From Pseudomonadota bacterium (lineage in GTDB: Bacteria > Myxococcota > JACRCW01 > JAFGSX01): DNA of 64,000 nt. The first letter of the stretch is position 1; each line of letters begins with the position of its first letter. The DNA is taken from the NCBI GenBank assembly GCA_043821645.1, contig JBDRCO010000101.1:1-64000 (forward strand), read 5' to 3'. The position numbers were made by a program, and so were the translations under genes. Below, piece after piece: positions 19,053-28,963 of this stretch. The notes beneath the pieces are model-generated. The model saw nothing but the letters and a program-made list of their open reading frames with translations, was not told the origin of the DNA and ran no database searches.

Positions 19053-20033
19053 GTGTCCATGTCCATCCCTGAGGGTTTTCGATTCTACTCTCCTGACGAT
19101 GCGCTGGCCGAACGGGCGCGCTGGGCCCTGACTCGAATCTTCAAGCTCGCCGAAGTGGCCGCCGACGCGCTGCTCGAGGACCCGGCGCGGCGCATGCTGA
19201 TGCGGGTGGCTGACGACGGCACGCTGGCTGGCTTCATCGTGTTCAAGGACTACAAGAGCGTGCTGCTGTCACCCGACAATGCCTTCATTGCGCGTGACGA
19301 CAAGGACCTGCTGGCGACACCGGGTCTCAAGGTCTACTCCTTCGAGCAGGTCTGGTACCGCGACAACGACTTCGACATGGCCCGCATCCTGCGAGAGGTG
19401 CTGCCCGCCATGAGCACGATCCTGGACGGTGAGGCTGTGCGCTATGCCCTGCTGTGCCTGTTGCCCGACGGTCCGTCGAGCCAGGCGCTCGCTGACCTGC
19501 TGCTGGAGCAGGGCTTTCACATCAACCCCAACGTGTATTGCGATTATCGGTTCTCTCTCGGCCAGGTGCCGCAGGTCGCCGACGATGTCCCCGAGGCTCC
19601 TGTGGGCGTGGACCTGCGCAGCTTCGCTCATCCCCCCGACATGACGGCGCTGGTTACGACCTTCAACCGCGTGTTCGCCGGCGGAGCCGAGGCGCTGGAG
19701 CCCGCCCACGTGCAGGCCATGCTCGAGCTTCCAAGCTTCGCGCGGGACCTCAGCTTCTGGGTCGCGCGCGAGGGCAGGGTGGCCGGCTTCGTGTGGATGT
19801 TCTGGCAGGCACCAGGTGTGGCGAAGCTCAACCTCGTCGCCACGGATCCAGATTTTCGCGGTCAAGGCCTCGTGCTGTCATGCACGCCGGTGTTCATGCG
19901 CGCCTGCCAGCGCGCCGGGGTGCACTCCCTGAGCTTCACCATCCAGTCCGAGAACCGCGAGCCGCAGAAGATTGCGCGCAGTCTCGGTGCCGTGTTGACC
20001 CAGCGCCGCCAAACCTACATCCGCGCCAGGTAG
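19053..20033 (+). CDS. GNAT-family N-acetyltransferase
   Basis: C-terminal VATDPDFRGQGL motif A and N..P..I...LG motif B. Confidence 0.75.
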   Translation: MSMSIPEGFRFYSPDDALAERARWALTRIFKLAEVAADALLEDPARRMLMRVADDGTLAGFIVFKDYKSVLLSPDNAFIARDDKDLLATPGLKVYSFEQVWYRDNDFDMARILREVLPAMSTILDGEAVRYALLCLLPDGPSSQALADLLLEQGFHINPNVYCDYRFSLGQVPQVADDVPEAPVGVDLRSFAHPPDMTALVTTFNRVFAGGAEALEPAHVQAMLELPSFARDLSFWVAREGRVAGFVWMFWQAPGVAKLNLVATDPDFRGQGLVLSCTPVFMRACQRAGVHSLSFTIQSENREPQKIARSLGAVLTQRRQTYIRAR

Positions 20034-20048
20034 TCGCGAGGTCTGTCG

Positions 20049-21674
20049 CTACAGAATGAAATCCGTCGACAGGAAGGCCGAGCGCCGGTGGCGCACGATG
20101 TCCGTCACCAGGGCCTTGTTGTCGTCGCTGACCTTGGCCGCCACCATGGTGCGGATGCCGAAGACGCGCAGCGCATCCGAGACCGAAAGCGTGCCCTCGG
20201 CCGAGTCCTTGCGGCCGGTGAAAGGGAACACGTCGGGGCCGCGCTGGCACTGGCTGTTGAGGTTGACGCGGCTCACCTGGTTGACCAGTGGATCGATGAG
20301 CTCCGCGATGGTCCCCGGGTCGCGGCCAAAGACGGACGCCTGCTGGCCATAGGGCGACTCAACCACCCAGCGCGTGGGTTCGCTGATGTCGTCGTACACC
20401 GCGATGGGCACGGCCGGACCAAACTGCTCGACGTGGTGGAGCTTCATGGAAGCCGTCACAGGGTAGACCACCGCGGGGTGAAAGTAGCTGTGGTGCACGG
20501 TCCCGCCGCCCTCATTGAGGACGCGCGCGCCCTGGTTGGTGGCGTCCGCGACCAGCTCTGCCAGGTACGCGGGTTTGTGCGGATCGGGCAGCGGTGTGAG
20601 TTTGACTCCGTTTGTCCAGGGCACGCCGAAGGCCAGGGCGCCGACACTGGAGGCCAGGCGCCGGGCAAATTCCTCGGCGATGGAACGATGTACCCACATC
20701 AGCTTGAGGCCGGTGCAGCGCTGACCGTTGAAGGACAGCGCGCCGAGGGTGCATTCCTGGACGGCGACGTCGAGGTCGGCATCCGGCAGCACGATGGCGG
20801 GGTTCTTGGCGCCGAGGCCGAGCACGCTGCGCAGCCGGTGCGGCGCCGGGTGCTGGTCCTTCAAGATATCCGCCACCTTGCTCGAACCGATGAAGGCCAG
20901 GCAGTCAACCTTGCCCGACGTCATGAGCGGGCCGATCACGGTCGATCCATCGCCGTAGACGCTGTTGACCACACCTGCCGGGAAGGCGTCGCGGAAGCAG
21001 GCGAGCAGGGGTTGATTGAGCAGCACTCCGTATTTGGCGGGCTTGAACACCACCGTGTTGCCCATGATCAGCGCAGGTATGAGCGTGGTGAAGGTCTCGT
21101 TGAGCGGGTAGTTGTAGGGACCCATGCACAGCACCACGCCGAGGGGCGCGCGCCGGATCTGAGCCATCACGCCGTCGACGATCTCGAAGCGACTGCCCGA
21201 ACGGTCGAGCTGCTTGCAGGCCTCGACGGTGTCTCGGATGTAAACCAGGGTGCGGTCGAACTCCTTGCATGAATCCGAGTAGCTCTTGCCGATCTCCCAC
21301 ATGAGGAGCCGCACCACCGTGGCGCGCTGCTCTTGCATGCGAAAAGCAAAATCCTCGACACAGGCAATGCGTTCGGACACCGAGAGGGTGGGCCAGCGAC
21401 CGCGGCCGTGGTCGTAGGCGCGACAGGCAGCGTCGAGGGCACGCATCGAGGCCGCCGCATCCATCCTGGGGGTCGAACCCAGGTGGACCCGGGTATGCGC
21501 GTCGCCATCGCGCTGGCAGACCGCGGCGTAAACCGGCTCGGTGGCCCCCTCCCAGCGCTCGAGGACTCCATCGATCAAGATCTCGCGCTGCTCCAGGAGT
21601 GACGGCAGGCGGTGCTCTTGCGGCACCTCGTTGGCACGGGGGAAGAGGTTCGCGATCTGCTCGGTGATGCTCAT
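20049..21674 (-). CDS. Aldehyde dehydrogenase family, non-phosphorylating NADP-dependent GAPDH (GapN)-like
   Basis: GPYNYPLNE, GNTVVFKP, FIGSS, FNGQRCT, EQFGP, FPFTGRKDS. Confidence 0.85.
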   Translation of the reverse strand: MSITEQIANLFPRANEVPQEHRLPSLLEQREILIDGVLERWEGATEPVYAAVCQRDGDAHTRVHLGSTPRMDAAASMRALDAACRAYDHGRGRWPTLSVSERIACVEDFAFRMQEQRATVVRLLMWEIGKSYSDSCKEFDRTLVYIRDTVEACKQLDRSGSRFEIVDGVMAQIRRAPLGVVLCMGPYNYPLNETFTTLIPALIMGNTVVFKPAKYGVLLNQPLLACFRDAFPAGVVNSVYGDGSTVIGPLMTSGKVDCLAFIGSSKVADILKDQHPAPHRLRSVLGLGAKNPAIVLPDADLDVAVQECTLGALSFNGQRCTGLKLMWVHRSIAEEFARRLASSVGALAFGVPWTNGVKLTPLPDPHKPAYLAELVADATNQGARVLNEGGGTVHHSYFHPAVVYPVTASMKLHHVEQFGPAVPIAVYDDISEPTRWVVESPYGQQASVFGRDPGTIAELIDPLVNQVSRVNLNSQCQRGPDVFPFTGRKDSAEGTLSVSDALRVFGIRTMVAAKVSDDNKALVTDIVRHRRSAFLSTDFIL

Positions 21675-21831
21675 GGGCACTCCTGGCGGCTGCATCCTGC
21701 GGCCGGGGCCATTCTAGTCGCTGTCCCGGGGGTGGCGTCCACGGCAGCCAGGCCTGTGCCTGGACGCTTTCTCGATCCTGTGGGTCGCGTGCACATCGAG
21801 AGAGTGGTCGAGGCGCTTCTGGCGAGAGCTT

Positions 21832-22926
21832 TCAGTCCGGGTCGTGCCAGGTCAGGCTGAGCTCTTTGGCGAGTTCCAAACGGGTGCCATCGGCCAGGCG
21901 CTCCAGCCGGATCTCCCTGTCCTTAAGCTGGGTTCCGTTGGTGCTGGCCGTGTCCACCGCGAGCACGTCGTCACCATGGCGACAGACAAGCAGGTGCACG
22001 CGCGACAGGCGACTCTCCGGGTGATCGGTGATGCCCACGTCGCAGCGATCGTAGCGACCGAGCAGGATGCCTCGATCCAGGGCACGCTGACCCACCACGC
22101 GCTGGATGGCGTCTCGGTGTGTGCGGATCACCAGACGACCGGCCGGGAGCTCGTCGATGGCGCAGAGTTCCTGACCCACGGCCAAGGGGCCGGCCTTGGA
22201 GACCACATGGGTGGTGTCCGCGTCGCCGAACGGACCGGGGCTGGCACGACGCCGCACCATCGGTCGCAGATCACCCGGTCCGCGTTCGTCGAAGAACACC
22301 CGCTCTGGGATGCAGGCGTAGGCATCTTCGGCGCTCTCGATGTCGGACTGGTCGTCGCGGGTGACCAGCAACATCAGGTCGACCTCGCCGAGACGCAAGA
22401 ACAGGCTGCCCTCGGCGGCCAGGCCTCGCAGGACTCGACCGGTCTCGTCCGCGAAGCCCATCCCGGTGCGCAGGTCGATGAGACGAACACGGATCTCGTC
22501 GACCTGTATGGCCTGCACCAGCACTGCGAGGTGGCGCAGGGACACATCGCTGTACGCGGTCGGGATGGCCAGGTCGCACATGCTGTGGCGCCCGATCAGG
22601 GCTCCGCGGGGCTTGTCTGACGTGGCCTTGAGCCACAGTTGCCCGAGCAGTTCACCGTCGCGAGCAAAAGCCATGGTCAGCACCCCGAGCTGGCGGTGGC
22701 AGCGCAGGGCCTGACGGATCAGGGCATACTCGCGCACGAACAGGGCGCGCGGGTCCATGGGCGCCGGGCTCGATAGTTGTCTGGCGAAGCTCTGCAGCGA
22801 GACGACCGAGGTCGCACCGTTTCCAAACTCGTGCCGCGGATCCCGCAGAGCCACCCGGGTGTGGGACAGCGCCGGCAGGGCGAACATCCTGGCCACCAGA
22901 TTGGGATCTGTGATCTCCCGCGCCAT
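21832..22926 (-). CDS. Protein with two FHA domains
   Basis: IGRHSMCDL..VSLRH and LGRYDRCD..LSRVH..DTASTNGT. Confidence 0.85.
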   Translation of the reverse strand: MAREITDPNLVARMFALPALSHTRVALRDPRHEFGNGATSVVSLQSFARQLSSPAPMDPRALFVREYALIRQALRCHRQLGVLTMAFARDGELLGQLWLKATSDKPRGALIGRHSMCDLAIPTAYSDVSLRHLAVLVQAIQVDEIRVRLIDLRTGMGFADETGRVLRGLAAEGSLFLRLGEVDLMLLVTRDDQSDIESAEDAYACIPERVFFDERGPGDLRPMVRRRASPGPFGDADTTHVVSKAGPLAVGQELCAIDELPAGRLVIRTHRDAIQRVVGQRALDRGILLGRYDRCDVGITDHPESRLSRVHLLVCRHGDDVLAVDTASTNGTQLKDREIRLERLADGTRLELAKELSLTWHDPD

Positions 22927-23034
22927 GTGCAATGCACCCCTGGGCGTTGTTGACGCCATCATAGCACAGGTGGGCGGGCTCGGGCCTGGAGCCCACGACG
23001 AGCTGCGTCATGGATCGGGAGCAGGGCCTGGGTG

Positions 23035-23487
23035 TCAGCCCTCGGCGTCGAGGAACTCAAAGACCACGCTGCCGAACTCGAGGCGGTCGCCAGTGGCCAG
23101 GGAGCAGGAGTGAACGTGAAGGCCATTCAGCCGCATACCCGCCCGCGGCGAGAGATCGATGCAGAAATGGATCTGGTGTCTTTGTTCGAAGATCACATGC
23201 CGGGGTTCGAGGCCAGCTGCGGGGATGCGCAGGTCGGCACCCTCGGAATCTCCGATCACCAGCTTGTTGAATGTCCACTCGATATCCCGTGGAGCTCCTG
23301 GACCCTGGACTTGCCGCAGCCGAGCAGGTCGGCTCAGGCGCTGGGGTTTGCGCACGCGCACGTCGATGACGTCGGTGGCCGGCTCCACCTCGGAAAAATC
23401 GTCGTCCCGTTCTTGGGGTGGGCCACCGTCTCCTGGCCACCTGTTTCCAGCCACCTTGGACTCCACTCCCGTGTTTCGCCACCACAC
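23035..23487 (-). CDS. Small FHA-domain protein (degenerate phosphopeptide site)
   Basis: Paralog of the next gene (LRQVQGPGAPR..LNGLHVHSCSLATGDRLEFGS). Start uncertain. Confidence 0.75.
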   Translation of the reverse strand: MWWRNTGVESKVAGNRWPGDGGPPQERDDDFSEVEPATDVIDVRVRKPQRLSRPARLRQVQGPGAPRDIEWTFNKLVIGDSEGADLRIPAAGLEPRHVIFEQRHQIHFCIDLSPRAGMRLNGLHVHSCSLATGDRLEFGSVVFEFLDAEG

Positions 23488-23506
23488 CAGGACCCGTCTT
23501 CACCCG

Positions 23507-23908
23507 CTAACCTGCACGCTCCTCGTACACGAAGGTCGCACTTCCAAACTGCAGCGAATCACCCGTCCGCAAAGTGCAGGAGTGCACCTGGACACCGTTG
23601 AGGAACATGCCGTGGCGGCTCTCGAGATCCGTACAGCGCACCTCCTCGCCTCGCTTCTCAAAGACCGCGTGACGGCGCGAAACATCGCGCGCTTTGATGG
23701 GAATGTCTGTGTCTTCACCGCGGCCTACCACCGTGGAGTCCAGGATCAGGGCGAACTCTCGAGGGGCGCCGGGCCCGGACACCTGGCGTAACAGGGGGGG
23801 GCGCTGGAACTTGATGGGCGAGGTGATCTCCACAGCTTGGGGGTCGGTGACGACCTCCTCCTCGAATTCGATCCCGGGGCGCTTCGCGCGTCTTCGCTTG
23901 CTGGTCAT
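23507..23908 (-). CDS. Small FHA-domain protein
   Basis: VVGR, VSRRHA, DLESRHG.FLNG, LRTGD.LQFG. Confidence 0.85.
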   Translation of the reverse strand: MTSKRRRAKRPGIEFEEEVVTDPQAVEITSPIKFQRPPLLRQVSGPGAPREFALILDSTVVGRGEDTDIPIKARDVSRRHAVFEKRGEEVRCTDLESRHGMFLNGVQVHSCTLRTGDSLQFGSATFVYEERAG

Positions 23909-23977
23909 GGTCTCGCGATCACTCCACCATCCAGGCTAACCCGGGTCCCTGGGTGACGCGAATTCTTGGCCGCTGGA

Positions 23978-25180
23978 TCAGTGGGTATGACCATTCCCGA
24001 AAGGCGCGGAGGCAGGCTGGCGATGTGCCCCATCGATGAGCCGATACAGGACCGGGAACACCACCCCGGTGAGGATGGCCAGGACGACCAGAGCGCTGAC
24101 GTCGGTCTGTCCGACCAGGCCGACACTGCGCCCGAGCACGGCGATGGCCACCATCAGGGTCAGGGGTGCGGACAGCAGACTCGCCGTCGACAGCATGTCG
24201 CGCACAGAAAGACCCTGGCGCAGTAGCAGCAGGCTGGGAAGCAAGCGCACCGCGAAGGCCGCAACCAGCAACTCCCCTGCAAGCAACAGGCTGCGCAGAG
24301 ACACTGCGCGCACGTCGAAGCGAAGTCCCACCACGATGAAGAACAGGGGAATGAACAGGCCGTAGCCCACCACGGTCAGCTTCTCTTCGAGCACGCGCTT
24401 GCCACGCAGCACGAAGGCGATGAGTGTGCCAGCCAGGAAGGCCCCGACGATGGCCTCGACCCCTGCCAGCAGAGCGAGGGCCGAGAAGGCCATCATCAGC
24501 ACCAGGGCGGCCCGCACACCGATCTCGCTGCCATGCTCGGCCTCGACCAGGGCGCCGAACCGTTCCGGTTGCCACCAGGCCACGGCCATGAAGATGCGCA
24601 GGGTGCCGCCGGCGACGAGAAAGATGGCGGTGAGCCTGGCCAGGCCTGCGACCAGTTCGAAAGAAAAACCATGCCGTGCAGTGAGATCGAGCAGAGTCAT
24701 CCCGACCAGGGTCAGGAACTCACCCACCGAGCCGACGAGCAGCACGGTCTGGCCCAGGTCGCTGCGCAGCCGACCGCTCTCCTTGAGCACGGCCACGGGA
24801 AGCCCGATGGAGGTGGCGCCCAGTGCCAGGCCGTACACCGGCGAGAGCTGGAGCAGCGAGGTGACGCCAAAAGCCAGTCCCATGATGCTCAGGCAGATGA
24901 CCACCACGCCGAGCAAGGCGCGTGGTCCCCTGCTTCGTACGCCGTTGAAGTCGATCTCCAGCCCGGCGAGGAACAGCAGCATCACGAAGCCAATCTCGTG
25001 CAGAAAGCTGACGACCTTGCTGTCGTGCAGGAGGTCTAGGGCCGCGGGCCCTGCCACAAGGCCATAGACAATGAGCAGCACGGCCGCAGGGACGCGCACC
25101 TTGCTGGAGACCAAGGGCATGAGCAACGAGCCCAACAGGAGCAGCAGGAAGGCCAGGACGTCGGCGTGGGCGACGTGCAT
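23978..25180 (-). CDS. Cation:proton antiporter (CPA2)
   Basis: About 12 TM helices; LLFLAGLEID, GAFLAG, IPLFFIVVG. Confidence 0.9.
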   Translation of the reverse strand: MHVAHADVLAFLLLLLGSLLMPLVSSKVRVPAAVLLIVYGLVAGPAALDLLHDSKVVSFLHEIGFVMLLFLAGLEIDFNGVRSRGPRALLGVVVICLSIMGLAFGVTSLLQLSPVYGLALGATSIGLPVAVLKESGRLRSDLGQTVLLVGSVGEFLTLVGMTLLDLTARHGFSFELVAGLARLTAIFLVAGGTLRIFMAVAWWQPERFGALVEAEHGSEIGVRAALVLMMAFSALALLAGVEAIVGAFLAGTLIAFVLRGKRVLEEKLTVVGYGLFIPLFFIVVGLRFDVRAVSLRSLLLAGELLVAAFAVRLLPSLLLLRQGLSVRDMLSTASLLSAPLTLMVAIAVLGRSVGLVGQTDVSALVVLAILTGVVFPVLYRLIDGAHRQPASAPFGNGHTH

Positions 25181-26665
25181 TCAAGCTCCGCCGCGCATGG
25201 TGAGCACCAGCACCGAGCAGGGTGCCGCCCGGGCCACGCGCAGGGCCACGTCAGGGTCGGCGAAGCTGTCGCGACGACGGTGGTGGCGCGCCACGACCAC
25301 CAGATCGTGCTGCCGGGCTTCCAAGAGGATGTGGTGCACGGGGTTGCCCCAGCGATGACGGTAGTCGAGCGGGACCTCGTACAGCTCGCACAGACGCCTC
25401 ACCGGCACCACCTCTTCGTGAAGGACGTCGTCCGTGAGACCCGAAAGGTACCGTGGCAGGTCGACGTTGACCGCGGTCAGCGTGGCGCCGAGCTGGCGGG
25501 TGATGTCTATGGCAACCTCGGCGGCCGCGATGTTGAGCTTTGCGTAGGACACGGGGAGCAGGATGCGCCGGTAAGGGAAGCTGCCACGGGTGAACAGGAG
25601 CGGAGGCGGAAGGTCGTCGCAGAGTTCGGCGTCGCGCCCGCGCAGTCCGAGCATACTGGCCACGGGGTGGCGCATCTGGGGAGGTAGGAGTACCACGCCT
25701 GGTCGCTGGGCTTGAATCCGCGCCACGAAGCCCTCGGCATCCCGGGGCAGCAGGGCAAAACTGCGGCGCTCGACGTCGCTCTTGCAGACGGGGCGGGTCA
25801 GGGGCTCCTCGCCCGCGGGGAGCACGGCGGCTTGCTCTCCATCCGGTGTCCCGCGCACGATGGCGGTTGCACCGCAGGCGCAGGCCAGCTCCTCGGCCTC
25901 GGTGCCGAGCTTGTGGTCGCTGCCAGCGAACTCGAGGGTCACCACGTTGGGTCCGAAAGGGCGGGGGAACTGCGGCGTGCCCAGGCGCAGATACTCGGTG
26001 ACCGTGGTGAGCACGGCCGGGTCGCCGACCAGCAGCACGCGATCGTCAACCTCGAGGGTGGTGTCGCCGGCGGGCACGATGAGTTCATCGCCCCTGAACA
26101 CTGCAGCCACACGCCAGCTGTGCAGGGCCAGAGATCGCAGCGGCCTGTGCAGCACCGGGGACGATAGTGTGAGTCGGATCTCGACCAGCTCGCCACGGCC
26201 AAAACCAATGCCGGAGGGAACCACCGCACCCTTGTGGTGCAGCACGGTCTCCACCTGCTCGGCGAGGAGCTGCGAGTGGTCCAGGGCTGTGATGCGTGCC
26301 TCGCGATAGCGCTCGACGGTGGTAGGGTCACGCATCAGCGCCACCACCGGGTCATAGCCCGCGCTCCGCGCCAGGCGGCCTGCCTCGAGGTTTTGCTCGT
26401 CGTCACCCGTGATGGTCACCAGGCCGCAGTGCCGCTCAGCGTGGTAAAGCGATTCGAGCACCAGCCGCGAGGTGCCGTCGCCGCGCACGCAGCGCACTCC
26501 GATGGCCTCCTCGAGACCTTCCACACTGGCGTCGGGCTCCAACGGTGCACCCAGCATGGACAGGCAATCGACGCGGTGGTCCAACAGCAGCACTTGGTGA
26601 CGCTCTCCCAGGCGCGCGGCCAGGGCGCGACCGACGTCTCCAGCGCCTACGATGACGACGCGCAT
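25181..26665 (-). CDS. TrkA-N/TrkA-C (RCK) protein with C-terminal universal stress protein domain
   Basis: MRVVIVGAGDVG Rossmann, GDGTS, AAVFRGDELIVPAGDTTLEVDDRV; USP-like YRRILLPV..GNP..DLVVV..APCSVLV. Confidence 0.85.
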   Translation of the reverse strand: MRVVIVGAGDVGRALAARLGERHQVLLLDHRVDCLSMLGAPLEPDASVEGLEEAIGVRCVRGDGTSRLVLESLYHAERHCGLVTITGDDEQNLEAGRLARSAGYDPVVALMRDPTTVERYREARITALDHSQLLAEQVETVLHHKGAVVPSGIGFGRGELVEIRLTLSSPVLHRPLRSLALHSWRVAAVFRGDELIVPAGDTTLEVDDRVLLVGDPAVLTTVTEYLRLGTPQFPRPFGPNVVTLEFAGSDHKLGTEAEELACACGATAIVRGTPDGEQAAVLPAGEEPLTRPVCKSDVERRSFALLPRDAEGFVARIQAQRPGVVLLPPQMRHPVASMLGLRGRDAELCDDLPPPLLFTRGSFPYRRILLPVSYAKLNIAAAEVAIDITRQLGATLTAVNVDLPRYLSGLTDDVLHEEVVPVRRLCELYEVPLDYRHRWGNPVHHILLEARQHDLVVVARHHRRRDSFADPDVALRVARAAPCSVLVLTMRGGA

Positions 26666-26859
26666 CTCCAAGGGTGGACCTCCGCAGGCTGTAAGCATTC
26701 GGCCGAAGAATCCAACCTAGGGTATTGCCATCGGGCCAGCAAGCGAGGCACACGCCCGGTGCGACACCCACGTCGGCCAATGGCGGACACTGGCGCGGCC
26801 CCCCTGGCGTGCTAGCTTGCCGGTGCATTGACGCAGAAGCGTCGAGGAGGATCCACGTC

Positions 26860-28797
26860 TTGGCCAAGAGTTCCCGTTCGCGCGTTATACCCAAGGCGTC
26901 GGACACCCTGCGTCGCTTCGTGCCCATGTCCCTCGCCGAGCTGCGCGCACGCGACTGGGAAAAGCTCGATGTGCTGCTCATCAGTGGAGACGCGCATGTC
27001 GATCACCCGGCCTTCGGCGTGCCCTTGCTTGCACGCCTGCTGATCGATCGTGGCTGGCGCGTGGGTATCGTGGCGCAACCGCCGTATCCAGGCAGCCAGG
27101 TCCACGTCCAGGGTACCCGGGTGACCACCGCCGAGGCTGTTTCCGCGCTCCGCGTGCTCGGCACGCCTCGCCTGCTCGTGGGCATAGGCAGCGGTGTGGT
27201 GGACAGCATGGTCAACAACTACACCGCCAACCGCCGTCGCCGCTCCGACGATAGCTACGCCCCAGGAGGGCAGGGCGGCTGGCGTCCCGACGAGGCCAGC
27301 CGGGTGTACGCCGAGCTGGCGAGGCAGGCCTTTCCCGAGTTGCCCATCGTGCTCGGCGGGGTCGAGGCCTCGCTGCGACGGCTGGCGCATTACGACTACT
27401 GGAAGAACACGGTTCGGCGAAGCCTGCTGTTCGACACCCCTGCGGACTTCCTGGTCCACGGTATGGGTGAGACCACGCTCGCTGCCATGGTCGAGGCGCT
27501 GGATGCAGTCGAACGACAGGGATCGCTTTGGCAGGACGCGTCGCCGGCGATCCGGTCCCTGCGCGGGATCGCTTTTCGTGCTCATCGTGACGAAGTGGAT
27601 GCCATCGAGGCGCGTCGTGTGCTGCCCAGTTACTCGGAGCAACGCGCGGACCGCCGGAGCTTTGCCCGCACCGCTCGCCTGATCGAGCGCGAGGCCAATC
27701 CCTGGAGCGGACGCACTCTGGTGCAATGGCAAGGTCGCGACGCACAGCAACGTGAGGTCGCAGTGGTGGTCACACCGTCTGCCCTGCCTCTGACCACGGT
27801 GCAGCTCGATGCCATCTATGAACTACCCTTCACCCGCCAGGTGCACCCCAGCTATCTCGAACGCGCCCTGCGCGAGACCGAGGATCCAGCGGATGCCCGC
27901 AAGCGCGCTGGCATCCCGGCGCTGGAGACCGTGCGCCACTCCATCGTGGTCAACCGTGGCTGCTTTGGTGGCTGTTCCTTTTGCGGCCTCGGCCTGCACC
28001 AGGGCAAGACCATACAGTCGCGCTCGGTCGGGTCCGTGCTGCGCGAGATAGACACGCTGGCCAGCGACGAGGGCTTCACCGGTGTGATCAGCGATCTTGG
28101 TGGTCCCACGGCCAACATGTACGGGCTGAGGTGCCTGCGCCCTGACGTCGAGAAAAAGTGCATTCGGCCTTCGTGTCTGCACCCATCGATCTGTCGACAC
28201 CTCGAAACCAACCACGCCGCGCAGATCGAGATGCTGCGTCGTGTGCGTCGCCACCCGCAGGTGAAGAAGGCCTTCATCGCCAGCGGTGTGCGCCACGATC
28301 TGGCGCTGCGCGATCCGCGGTACATCGATGTGCTGGCCGCGCACCACGTGGGCGGGCACCTCAAGGTGGCGCCAGAGCACGCCGACGACGTGGTGCTCGG
28401 CCTGATGCGCAAGCCGGCCTTCGCTCGCTTCGAGGAGTTCAAGCGGGCATTCGAGGAGCGCTCGACCGCCCACGGCAAGACGCAGTACCTCGTGCCCTAC
28501 TTCATCTCCTGTTTTCCTGGCACCACCCCCGAGCGCATGCAGACCGTGAATCGCTGGCTGGGGCGCGAGAACTGGCGCTTGCAGCAGGTGCAGGCCTTCA
28601 TTCCTCTACCCATGACCATGGCCGCTGCCATGTACTGGTCGGGTTTGGACCCGTCGACTGGAAAAGAGGTGCATGTGCCGCGCAGCGAGCGGGAGCGCCG
28701 ACAGCAGCAGGCCTTGTTGCAGCCGCACAAGAGCAAGCCCGGCCGGGGGCGCCTGACCAGGAGCAGACCCCCGAAGACGGACCCCCGGCGACGCTGA
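26860..28797 (+). CDS. ygiQ: YgiQ/UPF0313 family radical SAM protein
   Basis: SGDAHVDHPAFG, DSMVNNYT, EASLRRLAHYDYW, RGCFGGCSFC, SDLGGPTANMY, LKVAPEH; TTG start after GAGGAGG. Confidence 0.9.
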   Translation: MAKSSRSRVIPKASDTLRRFVPMSLAELRARDWEKLDVLLISGDAHVDHPAFGVPLLARLLIDRGWRVGIVAQPPYPGSQVHVQGTRVTTAEAVSALRVLGTPRLLVGIGSGVVDSMVNNYTANRRRRSDDSYAPGGQGGWRPDEASRVYAELARQAFPELPIVLGGVEASLRRLAHYDYWKNTVRRSLLFDTPADFLVHGMGETTLAAMVEALDAVERQGSLWQDASPAIRSLRGIAFRAHRDEVDAIEARRVLPSYSEQRADRRSFARTARLIEREANPWSGRTLVQWQGRDAQQREVAVVVTPSALPLTTVQLDAIYELPFTRQVHPSYLERALRETEDPADARKRAGIPALETVRHSIVVNRGCFGGCSFCGLGLHQGKTIQSRSVGSVLREIDTLASDEGFTGVISDLGGPTANMYGLRCLRPDVEKKCIRPSCLHPSICRHLETNHAAQIEMLRRVRRHPQVKKAFIASGVRHDLALRDPRYIDVLAAHHVGGHLKVAPEHADDVVLGLMRKPAFARFEEFKRAFEERSTAHGKTQYLVPYFISCFPGTTPERMQTVNRWLGRENWRLQQVQAFIPLPMTMAAAMYWSGLDPSTGKEVHVPRSERERRQQQALLQPHKSKPGRGRLTRSRPPKTDPRRR

Positions 28798-28963
28798 GAC
28801 CGGGCTCCATCCCGGGAGCTTGCGGTGGCCTGCCAGACTTCGGGTTCGTGGACCACCCGAGCGATCTCCATTGCGCGGAGGTCGAGGCAGGTCCGACCCT
28901 GGCTGTGAGCGGCCTGGTGTTGGCTGCGCTGCCGTACCGGGTTGCACTCATGCGGAGAAACAC

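Noticed and set aside
26860-28797. Second radical SAM as another RiPP maturase
   Set aside because: YgiQ-family motifs, no SPASM domain and no adjacent precursor.
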